From contig JALXBF010000122.1 in NCBI GenBank assembly GCA_026991575.1, positions 1 through 49,275 of the forward strand: a stretch of DNA of 49,275 nucleotides. Direction: 5' to 3'. The notes below the pieces were generated by a model. The model searched no databases and was not told the DNA's origin. It saw only the letters and a program-made list of their open reading frames with translations. Position numbers and translations under genes: made by a program. The stretch is from Planctomycetota bacterium (GTDB lineage Bacteria > Planctomycetota > Planctomycetia > JALXBF01). This document shows, in pieces, positions 9,973 through 20,293 of the stretch; position 1 is the first letter of the stretch; every line of letters begins with the position of its first letter.

Positions 9973-10455
9973 CTAGGAAGAATTCGCCAGCGTTCGCCGT
10001 CGGTAATCGTCACGGCAATCGGGACAGACCCCGCGCACCACCATCGTGCAATCCAATACTTCAAAGCCGGTTACCTCCGCTTGCTCGCGGATGGGCCGCT
10101 CGGCCAACGGCACCCCTTCGAGGTCCTCCACGCGATCGCACAGGACGCAGATCACATGGTGGTGCTGTTCTGTGTTCGGGTCGTACCGCACGACCGCCTG
10201 CCGGTTCGGAATCCGCATGGCCAACCCCAGCTCGACCAGCGTCTCCAGCACACGGTAGACCGTTGTGCGTGAGATTCCCGGTAGACGGCGGCGCACGTCC
10301 GCGTAGAGCTGGTCAGCCGTCGGATGGTCACTGCGGCGGAGCAGCGTCTCGTAGATGACCCGCCGCTGGACCGTCACCGGCAACCGGCGGCGGTGACAGG
10401 CAACCTCAAGCTCATGTAGCTTCGCAGCAATGTGCTCTTCGTCGAATTTGGCCAT
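9973..10455 (-). CDS. Fur family transcriptional repressor (PerR-like)
   Basis: TVQRRVI, HPTADQLY, ISRTTVYRVL, HHHVICVLC and GVCPDC structural-zinc motifs. Confidence 0.92.
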   Translation of the reverse strand: MAKFDEEHIAAKLHELEVACHRRRLPVTVQRRVIYETLLRRSDHPTADQLYADVRRRLPGISRTTVYRVLETLVELGLAMRIPNRQAVVRYDPNTEQHHHVICVLCDRVEDLEGVPLAERPIREQAEVTGFEVLDCTMVVRGVCPDCRDDYRRRTLANSS

Positions 10456-10660
10456 CTGCAGCTACGGAAGCGTTGAAATCTCAGCAAAGGCCTTTACCTC
10501 TGAATCATATGTTCGCGACCCTGGGGTGCGTTCCTGAGGCCGCCACCATGGGTCATGTGCGGGAGTCGCGCGGGCATGACCGGCACGGACGGCCCGCACA
10601 GGCAGGCCGTGCAGCATCGGCTCCTCAGCGCCTCGCCGCAACCGCGTAGTCGGCTGGTCC

Positions 10661-13600
10661 CTAGGGTGTGAACGGATCGGGTCGCAAGGCCTGCAGAATC
10701 TCTTCGGTCATCGTCTCGTACAGGTGCCGCACATGAGCCGGATCGCCTACCCCGTGGCGAGCTTCCGGGTAGATCAGCAGCCCGAACCGCTTGCCAGCCG
10801 TTGCCAGCGCATCCACCAGCTGGAGCGTATTGGCCGGGTGGACATTGTCATCGGCCATGCCGTGGATAAGAACCAGCCGACCCGATAGCGCCGCGGCCCT
10901 GGCAGCGAGCCTGGTCCGCTCGTAGCCCTGTCGGTTGTGCTGCGGCATCCGCATGTACCGCTCCGTGTAGATGGCGTCGTAGTTGCGCCAGTCGGTCACG
11001 GGGGCCCCCGCAATGGCCAGGCGGAACGCCTTGGAGTGCAACGCAGCAAAAGCCGACATGTAACCGCCGTAGCTCCAGCCGTGGATCGCCATCCGCTGCG
11101 AATCGGCCCACCCCTGGCGCTGCAGCCACTGCAAGCTGTCCAGCAGATCGCGCAGCTCCACGAAGCCCATCTGACCATAGATGCGATGGGTGTGCTTGAT
11201 GCCTTTCAGCGACGAGGCGCGGTTATCGCACAACCAGACCAGGATGCCACGCTGGGCGAGGTACTGGAACCACAGCATGCGTGATCCCGCCCAGCGACGC
11301 TGGACCACCGGCGCCTGCGGGCCACCGTACACATAGCAGAAAACCGGATAGCGGTGCCCCTGCTTGAACCCCACCGGCAGGACGACCATGCACTCCAGCG
11401 GCATGCCATCCCGGGCAGGAACACGCAAGAAGCGGGTCTGGCCCCGGCGCACGTGCCGGTGGTAGTCGACAAGGTTTGGCTCGATGGCCCAAAGTCGCCG
11501 GCCGGTCGCGTCATGCAGCCAGGCTGCTGGCGGGGTAAGCTCGTTGCTGAAGTAATCGACGTAATAGGCCATGTTCGGCGCAAACCGGGCGCGGTGCGAA
11601 TAGCGGAGATCCGACAGGCGCCGGATGCGACCGGAGGCAAGCTCCAAACGGTACAACTGCGCCGCGATCGGTGAATCCTTCATGCCGCGGAAGTACACGT
11701 ATCGGCCGTCGGGCGAGACGCCATAGAGTTCGACCACATCCCAGTCACCTGTGGTCACCGCCGAGGTACTTCCGCGTTCGGTGTCCACGAGGTAGATGTG
11801 ACGGTTGCCGGTGCGATCACTTAGCCAGAGGAAGCGGTGCTCGTCCAACCAGACCGGCTCACCGAGCACCTCCACCCAGGCCTCCGACCTTTCTTCGACC
11901 AGTGTCCGGCGGATGGTACCATCCAGACCGGTTTCGATCAGCTTCAACCAGGTCTGCTCCCGGTCCTGCAACTGGAACAGCAACTGCCGGCCACTTGGGT
12001 GGAAGCCGACACGAACGACGAGGCGGTCGCCGGGCAAGACGGTATCGAGCGGCACCCAGGAGATTCGCCCCCCTCTGGCAGGTACGATGCCAAGTTTCAC
12101 GGTAGGCAGCGGATCACCTGCCTTCGGGTAGAACTCCTGCTCCAGGTGCGCGCGATAGGGTAGGTGCCGCACGATTGGATACCGGTGGACGCGCGACTCA
12201 TCGAGATAGAGGAAGGCCAGATGGCGGCTGTCCGGCGACCACCAGTAGCCTCGGTAGTTGCCTCGTCCGTAGAGTTCTTCCTGATACACCCAGTCGAGCT
12301 TGCCGTAGCGGTGGGCCTCGTCTCCTGCCGGCGTCAACCGTCGCTCCCTGCGGCGCCGGAGGTCATAGACGTAGAGCGTGAACTCTTTCACGTAGGCCAG
12401 CATGCGGCCGTCGGGGCTGAAGCTGACGAGTTCCTCTCGGGCCGGATCGTGCGTGAGACGAGTCACCGTAGCGCGGACGAGGTCGACCAGGTAGAGATCA
12501 TCCCCCGCCATGATCACGCCGGCTCGGCCATCGGACCTAAGCACGTCCCAGCCGCGGGCAGCCAATCGTGCCGCGTCGGCCGGACCGATGCCGGGAAGCG
12601 AGGTCCAAGCTTCAGCTAGTGCCTGGCGATCGTAAGCGGGCTCCTCGGCGCCGCTACGCGCGTCGATGCGTAACCAACCCTGGCCCGTGCGCAGCAGGTA
12701 GTGATGGCCATCCGAAAGCCAATGTACCACCGGTGGGAACCGTCCCGAAAAGGGAATGCGTCGCTCCGGGCCGTAGATCATCTCCAGCGTGAGACGGAGC
12801 GAGGGCGGCACGTCCTGCACCCGCCTCAGGCTCAGCGCCGCCCGTTTCGGCAAGGCCACCACCGGTAGCGGTTTGCCTGGAGCAATCCGATGATCCAGGA
12901 AGTTCCACATGAGCAAGTTGTCATGAGCGGTTGGATCGAGCAGGGTCACCGCCAGCGGGCTGCGCACGGGAACGATGTAGGTGCCCTGGCGTAAGGTCCG
13001 CTCGTCGCGTGTCCGGTTCACGGCCACGCGCACCAGCCGATGCCCTTCAAAGCTCGCGCCACGGTCGACCTTCTCCACGACGAACCGCTCGACCGTGACG
13101 GACACGTCACGCCGGAGCCGATACACGGCCAGTCCGTGCCAGAGTAACCGCTCGACCAGCCTGCTTTCCTGAGAATCGATCGCGTATGCCCACGGTGCCG
13201 CAACGACGCGCGTTGGTTTGACCCGACCCTCATACGGCAACCGCAGCACGCGGTCCTCTGCATCGTTGCCTGGCACGATTAGTTCCACGGTACCCTGCTG
13301 CGTGAGCGTGCCGTCGACGGGCATGCTCTGACCGGGCTTGATGCGCCGGGCGGCGGTGCGCAGCGCGTTCATCTCGCGCGCTTGTTCGGCCGTGAAGTCC
13401 AGGACGCTCTCCAGGAACAGCCGGGTAGCTCGGATCCGTTCACGAAACGGTGTTCTGGCGTAGACCTCGCTGAGCAGGGCGAACGTTCCGCGCAGCCCCA
13501 TGTACTCGGTGCTGTAGCGCGCACCGAACCCGAACGTTCGCCACGCAGCACGTCCGTTGGCGAAGTTTCCGTAGTAAGTAGCAGCGACGCCGTGATCGGC

Positions 13601-14284
13601 CAGCCGGCGGCGCACCTCCGGGAGCAGCCGATCCCGCAGATACTGGACCACGGCATGGGGCACGGCGGGATGGTGCGGAACGTCGAACAGCAATTGGTGC
13701 TGATGGGTGGCACCGTTGGTCGTGTGGGTATCGATGAACAGCAGCGGATCGAGGCGGTTGGCCAACTGGACGAGTGCACGGACTTCGGGCGTTTCGAGCT
13801 TGACGAAGTCCCGGTTCAGGTTCAACCGCTGGGCGTTGTGGCGCACGCCCATGCCGGCCACCGGCCCAAGCTGATGCCTGCGATGCCGCTTGCCGCGGCG
13901 AGCGTTTCCGTCGACGTTGAAATCCGGGACGACAACTAGGCGCAGGCGGTGGATCCAGCGGGGGGAGCTACGCGCTGCCTCGCCACGCACAAGCTCTAGC
14001 AGCGCCTCCTTGCCGGCGCACTCACCGGCGTGGATGCCGCCAAGCAGCAGGACGGCGGGTCCAGCACCGGCCTCAACCGCCCAGATCGGTCGGCCCTCGA
14101 CCGAGCGGCCAATCTGCTGCAGCCGAAACCGGTCGTCCCGCTGGGCGATGGCACGGAGGAACTGATGCACGTCGGCCGGAGACGACGTAGCCCGATAGTC
14201 GGACCGCTCCGCTCGGGTACGCGGTAGGCCGTCTGCGGCCAGAGCGGTGGCAACGGCAAGCGTAGCGAGTGCCGTGGCACACAT
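10661..14284 (-). CDS. Secreted fusion of M14 zinc carboxypeptidase and S9B dipeptidyl-peptidase IV
   Basis: Likely start MCATALATLAVATALAA at 14284. M14 motifs GIHAGE, NLNRDF and DTH. DPP-IV propeller (DWVYQEE, WWSPD, YPKAGD) and catalytic GWSYGG, DDNVH and terminal His. Confidence 0.9.
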   Translation of the reverse strand: MCATALATLAVATALAADGLPRTRAERSDYRATSSPADVHQFLRAIAQRDDRFRLQQIGRSVEGRPIWAVEAGAGPAVLLLGGIHAGECAGKEALLELVRGEAARSSPRWIHRLRLVVVPDFNVDGNARRGKRHRRHQLGPVAGMGVRHNAQRLNLNRDFVKLETPEVRALVQLANRLDPLLFIDTHTTNGATHQHQLLFDVPHHPAVPHAVVQYLRDRLLPEVRRRLADHGVAATYYGNFANGRAAWRTFGFGARYSTEYMGLRGTFALLSEVYARTPFRERIRATRLFLESVLDFTAEQAREMNALRTAARRIKPGQSMPVDGTLTQQGTVELIVPGNDAEDRVLRLPYEGRVKPTRVVAAPWAYAIDSQESRLVERLLWHGLAVYRLRRDVSVTVERFVVEKVDRGASFEGHRLVRVAVNRTRDERTLRQGTYIVPVRSPLAVTLLDPTAHDNLLMWNFLDHRIAPGKPLPVVALPKRAALSLRRVQDVPPSLRLTLEMIYGPERRIPFSGRFPPVVHWLSDGHHYLLRTGQGWLRIDARSGAEEPAYDRQALAEAWTSLPGIGPADAARLAARGWDVLRSDGRAGVIMAGDDLYLVDLVRATVTRLTHDPAREELVSFSPDGRMLAYVKEFTLYVYDLRRRRERRLTPAGDEAHRYGKLDWVYQEELYGRGNYRGYWWSPDSRHLAFLYLDESRVHRYPIVRHLPYRAHLEQEFYPKAGDPLPTVKLGIVPARGGRISWVPLDTVLPGDRLVVRVGFHPSGRQLLFQLQDREQTWLKLIETGLDGTIRRTLVEERSEAWVEVLGEPVWLDEHRFLWLSDRTGNRHIYLVDTERGSTSAVTTGDWDVVELYGVSPDGRYVYFRGMKDSPIAAQLYRLELASGRIRRLSDLRYSHRARFAPNMAYYVDYFSNELTPPAAWLHDATGRRLWAIEPNLVDYHRHVRRGQTRFLRVPARDGMPLECMVVLPVGFKQGHRYPVFCYVYGGPQAPVVQRRWAGSRMLWFQYLAQRGILVWLCDNRASSLKGIKHTHRIYGQMGFVELRDLLDSLQWLQRQGWADSQRMAIHGWSYGGYMSAFAALHSKAFRLAIAGAPVTDWRNYDAIYTERYMRMPQHNRQGYERTRLAARAAALSGRLVLIHGMADDNVHPANTLQLVDALATAGKRFGLLIYPEARHGVGDPAHVRHLYETMTEEILQALRPDPFTP

Positions 14285-14475
14285 CAAACGACCCTTCTGG
14301 CGCGCGGTTCGGTTCTGGTGGCAGGGTAGGCGTTCGGGCAAACGGTCGGAGGAGCCGTCCGTGCTGCAGGGGGGAGGCGATTCGCCGACGGCCGGCAGCA
14401 TCGCGCTGGCCGCCCTTGCCTAGTCCGGCCAGCTCCCCCTAGTTTCGTCGGCATCGCAAATGGGCGTACATTCCC

Positions 14476-14504
14476 TTGACTCACTAGGTTCACGATTGTA
14501 TCCT
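14476..14504 (+). promoter_or_regulatory. Putative sigma70 promoter for the Cys-rich gene
   Basis: TTGACT-17 bp-TATCCT. Confidence 0.55.
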
Positions 14505-14627
14505 AAGCACGGACAACGGCCGTAGTGATTCTGACGGTTGGACTGCTTCGGTGGTGATGCGGGGCATGGTGTGGACGATTGGTAGCATCTAGGGTCTGCA
14601 ACACGCCCGATTTGGGCGGGGAGTGGA

Positions 14628-15089
14628 ATGATGAACACCCTATTTGTGGCTGTCGCCGTTGCGACGCTCGGTTGTCATGGCTGCGCGCCGGTGGCCAAGT
14701 GCGGCCATGCGGCCAAGGTCGAGTGCGCGCCGATCAAGATTTCCCTGCCGAAGATTTGCCTGCCGAAGATCGAACTACCGAAGCTTGACTGCGTCAAGAA
14801 GGTTAGCTGCGCGAAGCCAGTCAAGGTAAAGAAGTGCTGCGAGGTCAAGAAGGTTACCAAGAAGATCGAGAGCAAGGGCTGCTTCAAGCTCGTTAAGCCG
14901 AAGTGCTGTCTGCTGGGCTGCCTCGGCATCCATCGTCCGAGCTGCGCAGCGGCAGCCGGGAAGAAGGCCGAAGTAGAGAAGGCTCCGGCACCCGCACCTA
15001 AGCCGGCACCCGCACCGAAGCCGGCCCCGGCTCCAAAGCCGGCGCCTGCTCCAAAGCCGGCGGCCAAACCGGCACCACAGGGCAAGTAA
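14628..15089 (+). CDS. Small exported Cys/Lys-rich protein with PAPKPA-repeat tail
   Basis: GGGGAG RBS, hydrophobic N-terminus ending LGC, 14 Cys, Lys-rich with mostly AAG codons, C-terminal PAPKPA-type repeats. Confidence 0.8.
   Translation: MMNTLFVAVAVATLGCHGCAPVAKCGHAAKVECAPIKISLPKICLPKIELPKLDCVKKVSCAKPVKVKKCCEVKKVTKKIESKGCFKLVKPKCCLLGCLGIHRPSCAAAAGKKAEVEKAPAPAPKPAPAPKPAPAPKPAPAPKPAAKPAPQGK
14982..15080 (+). repeat. Degenerate 18-bp coding tandem repeat (PAPKPA)
   Basis: About five units of the type CCGGCACCCGCACCGAAG. Confidence 0.8.
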
Positions 15090-15254
15090 CCGGCCCACCG
15101 GCCAGGACGTTCCGGGGCCTGGCCATCCGATCAATCCGTAGTACACGCTGCGGTGAGGAGGAACGGGAAGTTCGGCGCGAGGGAGAGCGGAACGCGTTGG
15201 TCATCCTGCCTTCTGAGACCCGCCCCGCAAAACCAACCGAAGCAAGCAGTCTGG

Positions 15255-15290
15255 AGCCTCGACCGCCGCGGCGGCGGTCGAGGCTTTCTT
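15255..15290 (+). terminator. Intrinsic terminator
   Basis: 14-bp perfect stem AGCCTCGACCGCCG / CGGCGGTCGAGGCT followed by TTCTT. Confidence 0.75.
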
Positions 15291-15655
15291 GATGCGCTTC
15301 GACGCAGAGTTCCGACCCGGTCGCGCCGCGGCATCAGCACGTCGGCGACGCTCCGGTAGCCAGTCCCGGCGCCGCCAGCAGCGGCGGACCGGCTGGCAGC
15401 AGCGTTCGCAACCGCGATGGTCGCACACGAACTGAGTGCTGCGGGGCAGCGTAACCAATTCGGTAGCCTGCCGGCGCGCGCAGGAGGGTCTGAGTGTGCG
15501 CGGTGGGCAGCCGGGCCAGGCCGCGCGGGCCGAGCCGCAGCAGGGCGTCCCCAGCGGCTACACGCCACGGCCGGGGGGAGTGTGCGTTTTCCGAAAGAAA
15601 CCGTCGGCGTCGACAGCAACCGCCACAGGCATCGAGCAGCTCGAGGGTGGAGACG

Positions 15656-18600
15656 GTGACTGAACAAGTGAAGCAGAACGGCCGGTCGGCAGGCATCGAA
15701 CAGGCCCCAGTGCAGGCTGCCGAGGAACAGCCGGTCGACGAACCGGGACGGCAGCACGAGGCTCCGCCGCAAAAGCAGCCGCTAACACCCGATGCGCTCG
15801 AACGGGAAAACCGCCAGGGTGACCGGGCAATCGCCCTGCTCGTTACGCTGCTCGGCATCGGCCTGGGCGCCTTCACCATCGCGGACACTTCGATCTGGCG
15901 ACACCTGAAGACCGGCTGGTACGTGCAGCATGTGGGTATTCCGCGCACCGACACGCTGAGCTTTGCAACCGAGGGTCAGCGGTGGATCGCCGACAGCTGG
16001 CTATACGACTGGGCGCTGTATCGGGGAGAGCAGATCGAGTCGCGCCGCAACGCGCTTGCGCTAGCAACGCGGTTCGAGACGGAGTTGCACCGCCGCTCCG
16101 AACCAATCGAGGAGGAAGGGATCACCCGGCCAGCGGTCACTGAGGAAGGCCGTCAGCAAGTGCTGAAGGCAATTGCGGGCCTGCGCCAAGCAGCCCGATC
16201 GGGTGACACTACTCAGATGCGCTGGGCTGCCGAAGAGCTGATACGGGCCGCCGATGAAGCAGACATCAGACTGGCGCCGACACCGGACGACACTGCCGCC
16301 TTGATCACCTTGAAGTGGCTTAGCGTGGCCCGCGCGGCCTGCTGGGGGCTAATCGTTGCAGTGCTGCTGACGCTGCGGCATGCCGGCCCGACGCTGTGGT
16401 GGACTGCCGTGTGCGTCGCGCTGGCGCTGGTGTCGCTGTTGAGCTACGTGGACAGCGGGCCGATCAATCTGACGCTCTTGTTCCTGGCGATCGAGCTGGC
16501 CGTGCTGCACCGGGCGACCACACGGGGCGCTGGCTGGCTCTGGCTGCTCATTCCGCTCTTTGCGCTCTGGGCCAACGTGCACACCTGGTTCGCACTGGGC
16601 GTACTGGTGGCCTGGCTGTTCGTGATGGGCGAAACACTTGTGCCGCCGGACCAGGTTGGCGACCGCAAGCGGCCGCTCCAGTGGCGTTCGGCTCTGGTGC
16701 CGGTAGCGGTGGCCACCGCTGCGACGTTCCTGACACCATACGGGCCACTTGTCTGGGTGAATCCGCTGCAGTGGGCGTCGGTCGTGCTGGAGCCAGAGCA
16801 CTTCCAGGGCACGAGCCGCCTGTTCCTGGTGGACCTGGGCTTTGTGCCGATTGCTTCCGCCCGGTTTGTGCGTCAGGCGCAGATCCCGCCGGCCCTGGCG
16901 GCCTGTGCCCTGACGGTCATCCTCGCAGCCGTCTCCTTCTGGTTGCCGCGAGTGCCGTTCAGCCTCGGCCGGCTGCTGCTTCTGGTGACGGCCGTCGCGC
17001 TGTCGGCGGTGGCGGTGCGGAACTTGCCGTTGACGTCGATGTTGGCCACCTTTGTGCTGATCCTGAACGGCCAAGAGTGGTTCCTGAACCGCTTTGGCAC
17101 GCAGACGCGCATCAGCAGGCCGTGGGTGCTGTGGTCTCGGTTAGGCCGGGTGGTCACGGTCCTGGTGCTGCTGGTGTTCTCGTTCCTGGCGCTGTCGGGC
17201 CGGGTGGGGGTGCGAGTCGGCCGAATGGGTTGGGGACTGGAATGGGGCATCTACGATGTGCCGCTAGCGCGGGAGGTGCGCCAGCTCGGGCTGCACGGGC
17301 GGCTGCTGAACACCACCCCCCTTCAGGGGGATTTGCTGCTGTGGTACAACCGCTCCACGGACAACAACTACCAGGTCTTCTTCGACAGTCGCCTGTCGCT
17401 GCATCGGCCTCGCCTGGAGGAGATCTACGACTTTTTCCTGAGGATGAGCCGCGCGGAGGTAACCACCGAAGAGCTGAATGAGATGAAAGTGACGGCCGTG
17501 GCGCTGAACCGGAGGATTTCTCCTGTGCGGCCAAGCTTCGAGAACACGTTCCGCCGTCTGTCCGATTCACCCGACTGGGTTCTGGTCGACGTTGCGCCGA
17601 CGGCCGCCGTCTTTGCCCGGATCGACTCAGCCGTGACACCCGATCTGAGCGCCGACGTTGAGTTGGCAAAGAAACGGCGCGTGGATCCGTCGCAACTGGC
17701 GTTCAAGCAGCACACGCGCCGCATCCCGGAACTGCCACCTGGACCACCCCCTCCGATCCGCCCTCCAACGCTGATCGATCGACTCTGGCCGTTCCTGCGC
17801 GTGAACCGGCACGTGGAATCGTTCCGAGCACACCATTGGATGCTTGTCAGCAGCGAGCTGCCTGGACCGGCCGAGTGCCTGCTCGCGATGCGCACGGCGC
17901 GGCGGGCAACGGCAGCCGCCCCCGCATCACCCACCGCCTGGTACGCCTACTACCAGGCATGCAGCATCCTGCTGCAGCATGAGCGTGCCATTGCGCGGAC
18001 ACAGCTGGCCGTGCACCAGGTGCGCATCCAAGAACTGCTGGCCGCGCTCGATCAGATCGTTTCGCTGGTGCCCAACTGGCTCGAACCTCGCCTGGCACTG
18101 GCTTACTGGTACGAGCAACTCGGCTACGTAGACCTGGCCGCCGAACACTACGGCGTGGCACTGCAGTTGATTTCGCCAAGCGACCCGGGCTACGCGGACG
18201 TGCAGGCCAGCTACAACCAGCTGCAGGCGATGGTGGATGAGATGAGACGGACGCTGGCGGATCCGGAGAATATGCTGCCCAGCCCGGAATTGCGTGCCCA
18301 GGTGGCTGCCGGACGCGGGTTCCTGAAGCTGGCCATCGAGCAGATCACCCAGGAGCGTGGCCCAGTTGGCTCCGGTGACGTTGATAGCGGTATCCTGAGC
18401 GACTACTACATCCGAGCCGGCCTGGTCGCCGATGCGTTCGACACCCTGCTACAGATGCGGTCTGCGTCTGCCCTGGAACGGATGACACCAGGGCTGTTCG
18501 AAGAGAAGTGGGGCATGGTCCATCTGATGCGCGGCGACTACCGGCGTGCGAAACGCTACTGGGAAAGCTCTCTGGCCAAGCAGCGTCACGCATTGGCGGA

Positions 18601-18952
18601 ACAGAAGATCCAGGCCATGCAGTCGCTGCTGTTCGCCGACCCACAGGCCAGCATCGACCGCTACTTCCAGCTCACCGCCGCCATCCAGCGCCAAGCAGCC
18701 ACCGAATACCACCTCGGGTTTGTTAACCTGGAGATGGGCGAACCGCTGGAAGCAGCCAAGCACTTCCGGCAATCGCTCCAGCTAGCACCGGATAATCCCT
18801 ACCGGCCGCTGATCGCCTATTACCTGGAACAGATTACCGGCGAGAAGATCGAACCGCGTCCTCGGCCGGCGAGCCAGCGCCAGGACGGGCGTGCCGCCAC
18901 GCCAACGGCAACGCCCGAAGCTCAGCCGGTCAGCGAGCGCACGCAGCGCTGA
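15656..18952 (+). CDS. Large polytopic membrane protein (GT-C-like N-terminal half) with C-terminal TPR repeats
   Basis: Probable GTG start at 15656 after GGAG. DTSIWRHLKTGW...DTLSF...W..DSWLYD and LWANVH motifs, many TM helices, VFFDSR, and TPR-like helices (AAKHFRQSLQLAPDNP). Confidence 0.75.
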   Translation: MTEQVKQNGRSAGIEQAPVQAAEEQPVDEPGRQHEAPPQKQPLTPDALERENRQGDRAIALLVTLLGIGLGAFTIADTSIWRHLKTGWYVQHVGIPRTDTLSFATEGQRWIADSWLYDWALYRGEQIESRRNALALATRFETELHRRSEPIEEEGITRPAVTEEGRQQVLKAIAGLRQAARSGDTTQMRWAAEELIRAADEADIRLAPTPDDTAALITLKWLSVARAACWGLIVAVLLTLRHAGPTLWWTAVCVALALVSLLSYVDSGPINLTLLFLAIELAVLHRATTRGAGWLWLLIPLFALWANVHTWFALGVLVAWLFVMGETLVPPDQVGDRKRPLQWRSALVPVAVATAATFLTPYGPLVWVNPLQWASVVLEPEHFQGTSRLFLVDLGFVPIASARFVRQAQIPPALAACALTVILAAVSFWLPRVPFSLGRLLLLVTAVALSAVAVRNLPLTSMLATFVLILNGQEWFLNRFGTQTRISRPWVLWSRLGRVVTVLVLLVFSFLALSGRVGVRVGRMGWGLEWGIYDVPLAREVRQLGLHGRLLNTTPLQGDLLLWYNRSTDNNYQVFFDSRLSLHRPRLEEIYDFFLRMSRAEVTTEELNEMKVTAVALNRRISPVRPSFENTFRRLSDSPDWVLVDVAPTAAVFARIDSAVTPDLSADVELAKKRRVDPSQLAFKQHTRRIPELPPGPPPPIRPPTLIDRLWPFLRVNRHVESFRAHHWMLVSSELPGPAECLLAMRTARRATAAAPASPTAWYAYYQACSILLQHERAIARTQLAVHQVRIQELLAALDQIVSLVPNWLEPRLALAYWYEQLGYVDLAAEHYGVALQLISPSDPGYADVQASYNQLQAMVDEMRRTLADPENMLPSPELRAQVAAGRGFLKLAIEQITQERGPVGSGDVDSGILSDYYIRAGLVADAFDTLLQMRSASALERMTPGLFEEKWGMVHLMRGDYRRAKRYWESSLAKQRHALAEQKIQAMQSLLFADPQASIDRYFQLTAAIQRQAATEYHLGFVNLEMGEPLEAAKHFRQSLQLAPDNPYRPLIAYYLEQITGEKIEPRPRPASQRQDGRAATPTATPEAQPVSERTQR

Positions 18953-19023
18953 TCGCCGTTGGCTGATCATGGCCAGCGACGACGTACGGGGCCTTGCTTC
19001 AGTACGACACAGCGGAGCACACC

Positions 19024-19863
19024 ATGACCCGAAACACAAGAGCGTTGACACGGCGTGAGTTCGTCCGAATGGGTGCAGCCGCCGCCCTGCTGCCTGCACT
19101 GCACGGCCTCAGCCAGGCAGCGGCTTGCGCCGGCTTCAAGATCGGGATCCAAAGCTACTCGCTGCGCGGCTTCTCGGTCGACCAGGCACTCGAACACTCC
19201 CGCGCGCTAGGCCTGAAGTACTGGGAGTCGTTCCGGGCTCATCTGCCAATTTCCACGGTACCCAGCGTCGTGGAAGGCTATCGCAGAAAGTTGGCTAAGG
19301 CCGGCATCACCCTGTACGCCTATGGCGTCGAACCGTTCACGGGCAAGGAGCAAGTCGACCGGCAGCGGTTCGAGTTTGCCCGGGCAATGGGCATCAAAGT
19401 CCTGACCGCCGACCCCACCCCCGAAAGCTTCGACCTGTTGGACAAACTGGTCGAGGAATACGGTGTGCGCATCGCGATCCACAACCACGGCCCAGGAGCT
19501 CGGTACGACAAGATCAGCGACACGCTGAACGCCATCAAGAACCACCACGAGTTCATCGGGGCCTGCGTCGATACAGGGCACTACATCCGATCGAACGAAG
19601 ACCCGGTGGCCGCCGTCGAAGCGTTCGGCAAGCGGGTCTACAGCGTGCACCTGAAAGACGTCAAGACGCTGCCGGGTGGTAAGAAGCGCTTTGTGATTCT
19701 CGGTGAAGGAGACCTTGACACAGCGAAGCTATTGAAGGCACTGCGCAAGGTCGGGTTCCAGGACTGCCTGGCCCTGGAGTACGAGGAGAATCCCCGCAAC
19801 CCGATCCCGGACATCCGCCAGTGCCTGAAGACGCTCAGCAAGGCGTGCACCCAGTTGAGCTAG
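19024..19863 (+). CDS. Tat-exported sugar phosphate isomerase/epimerase (xylose-isomerase-like TIM barrel)
   Basis: TRREFV twin-arginine signal; IGIQSYSLR, IAIHNHG, DTGH, VHLKD and LEYE motifs. Confidence 0.9.
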   Translation: MTRNTRALTRREFVRMGAAAALLPALHGLSQAAACAGFKIGIQSYSLRGFSVDQALEHSRALGLKYWESFRAHLPISTVPSVVEGYRRKLAKAGITLYAYGVEPFTGKEQVDRQRFEFARAMGIKVLTADPTPESFDLLDKLVEEYGVRIAIHNHGPGARYDKISDTLNAIKNHHEFIGACVDTGHYIRSNEDPVAAVEAFGKRVYSVHLKDVKTLPGGKKRFVILGEGDLDTAKLLKALRKVGFQDCLALEYEENPRNPIPDIRQCLKTLSKACTQLS

Positions 19864-20167
19864 CATTGGGGCCGGCATCAACGTAGAGATCGTCACAGGC
19901 AGCACCCGATTCCGGGTGCTGCTTTCTTGTGCCCGGGCGTACCCAGGCAGGGGTGTCGCAGCGAGCATTCGACCGAGCGGCATACGCACGGGCTGGATCG
20001 CCTTTCTTGCGCGTCCGGCGCGCCAAGCGGCCTGCTCGGATTCGGGCACGAACAGCCGGCCTGACTTAAGACGGGGATCGCTGCGCGCCGAAGCAACGAG
20101 TAAGCACTCGGCATCTGGGGGCATCCTCTCCGCTCGCGGGGCGCTGCACGAACGAGCAAAGCCGGGG

Positions 20168-20196
20168 TTGACAGGCGAGACCGACTACTATAGTCT
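20168..20196 (+). promoter_or_regulatory. Putative sigma70 promoter
   Basis: TTGACA followed by TAGTCT at 17 bp (or TATAGT at 15 bp), upstream of the RTX-repeat gene. Confidence 0.5.
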
Positions 20197-20293
20197 TAGT
20201 ACGAACAACATCAAAGGTCGGCGTCGCTCCTCGGGTGTGTGCCCGCGGAGGTGGTTTGGCGACGGCTGGAGCTTCTTCGTGTGGAGGTACGCG

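Noticed and set aside
14675..15085. Minus-strand GAGAGF-repeat ORF (silk-like)
   Set aside because: Antisense of the PAPKPA repeats.
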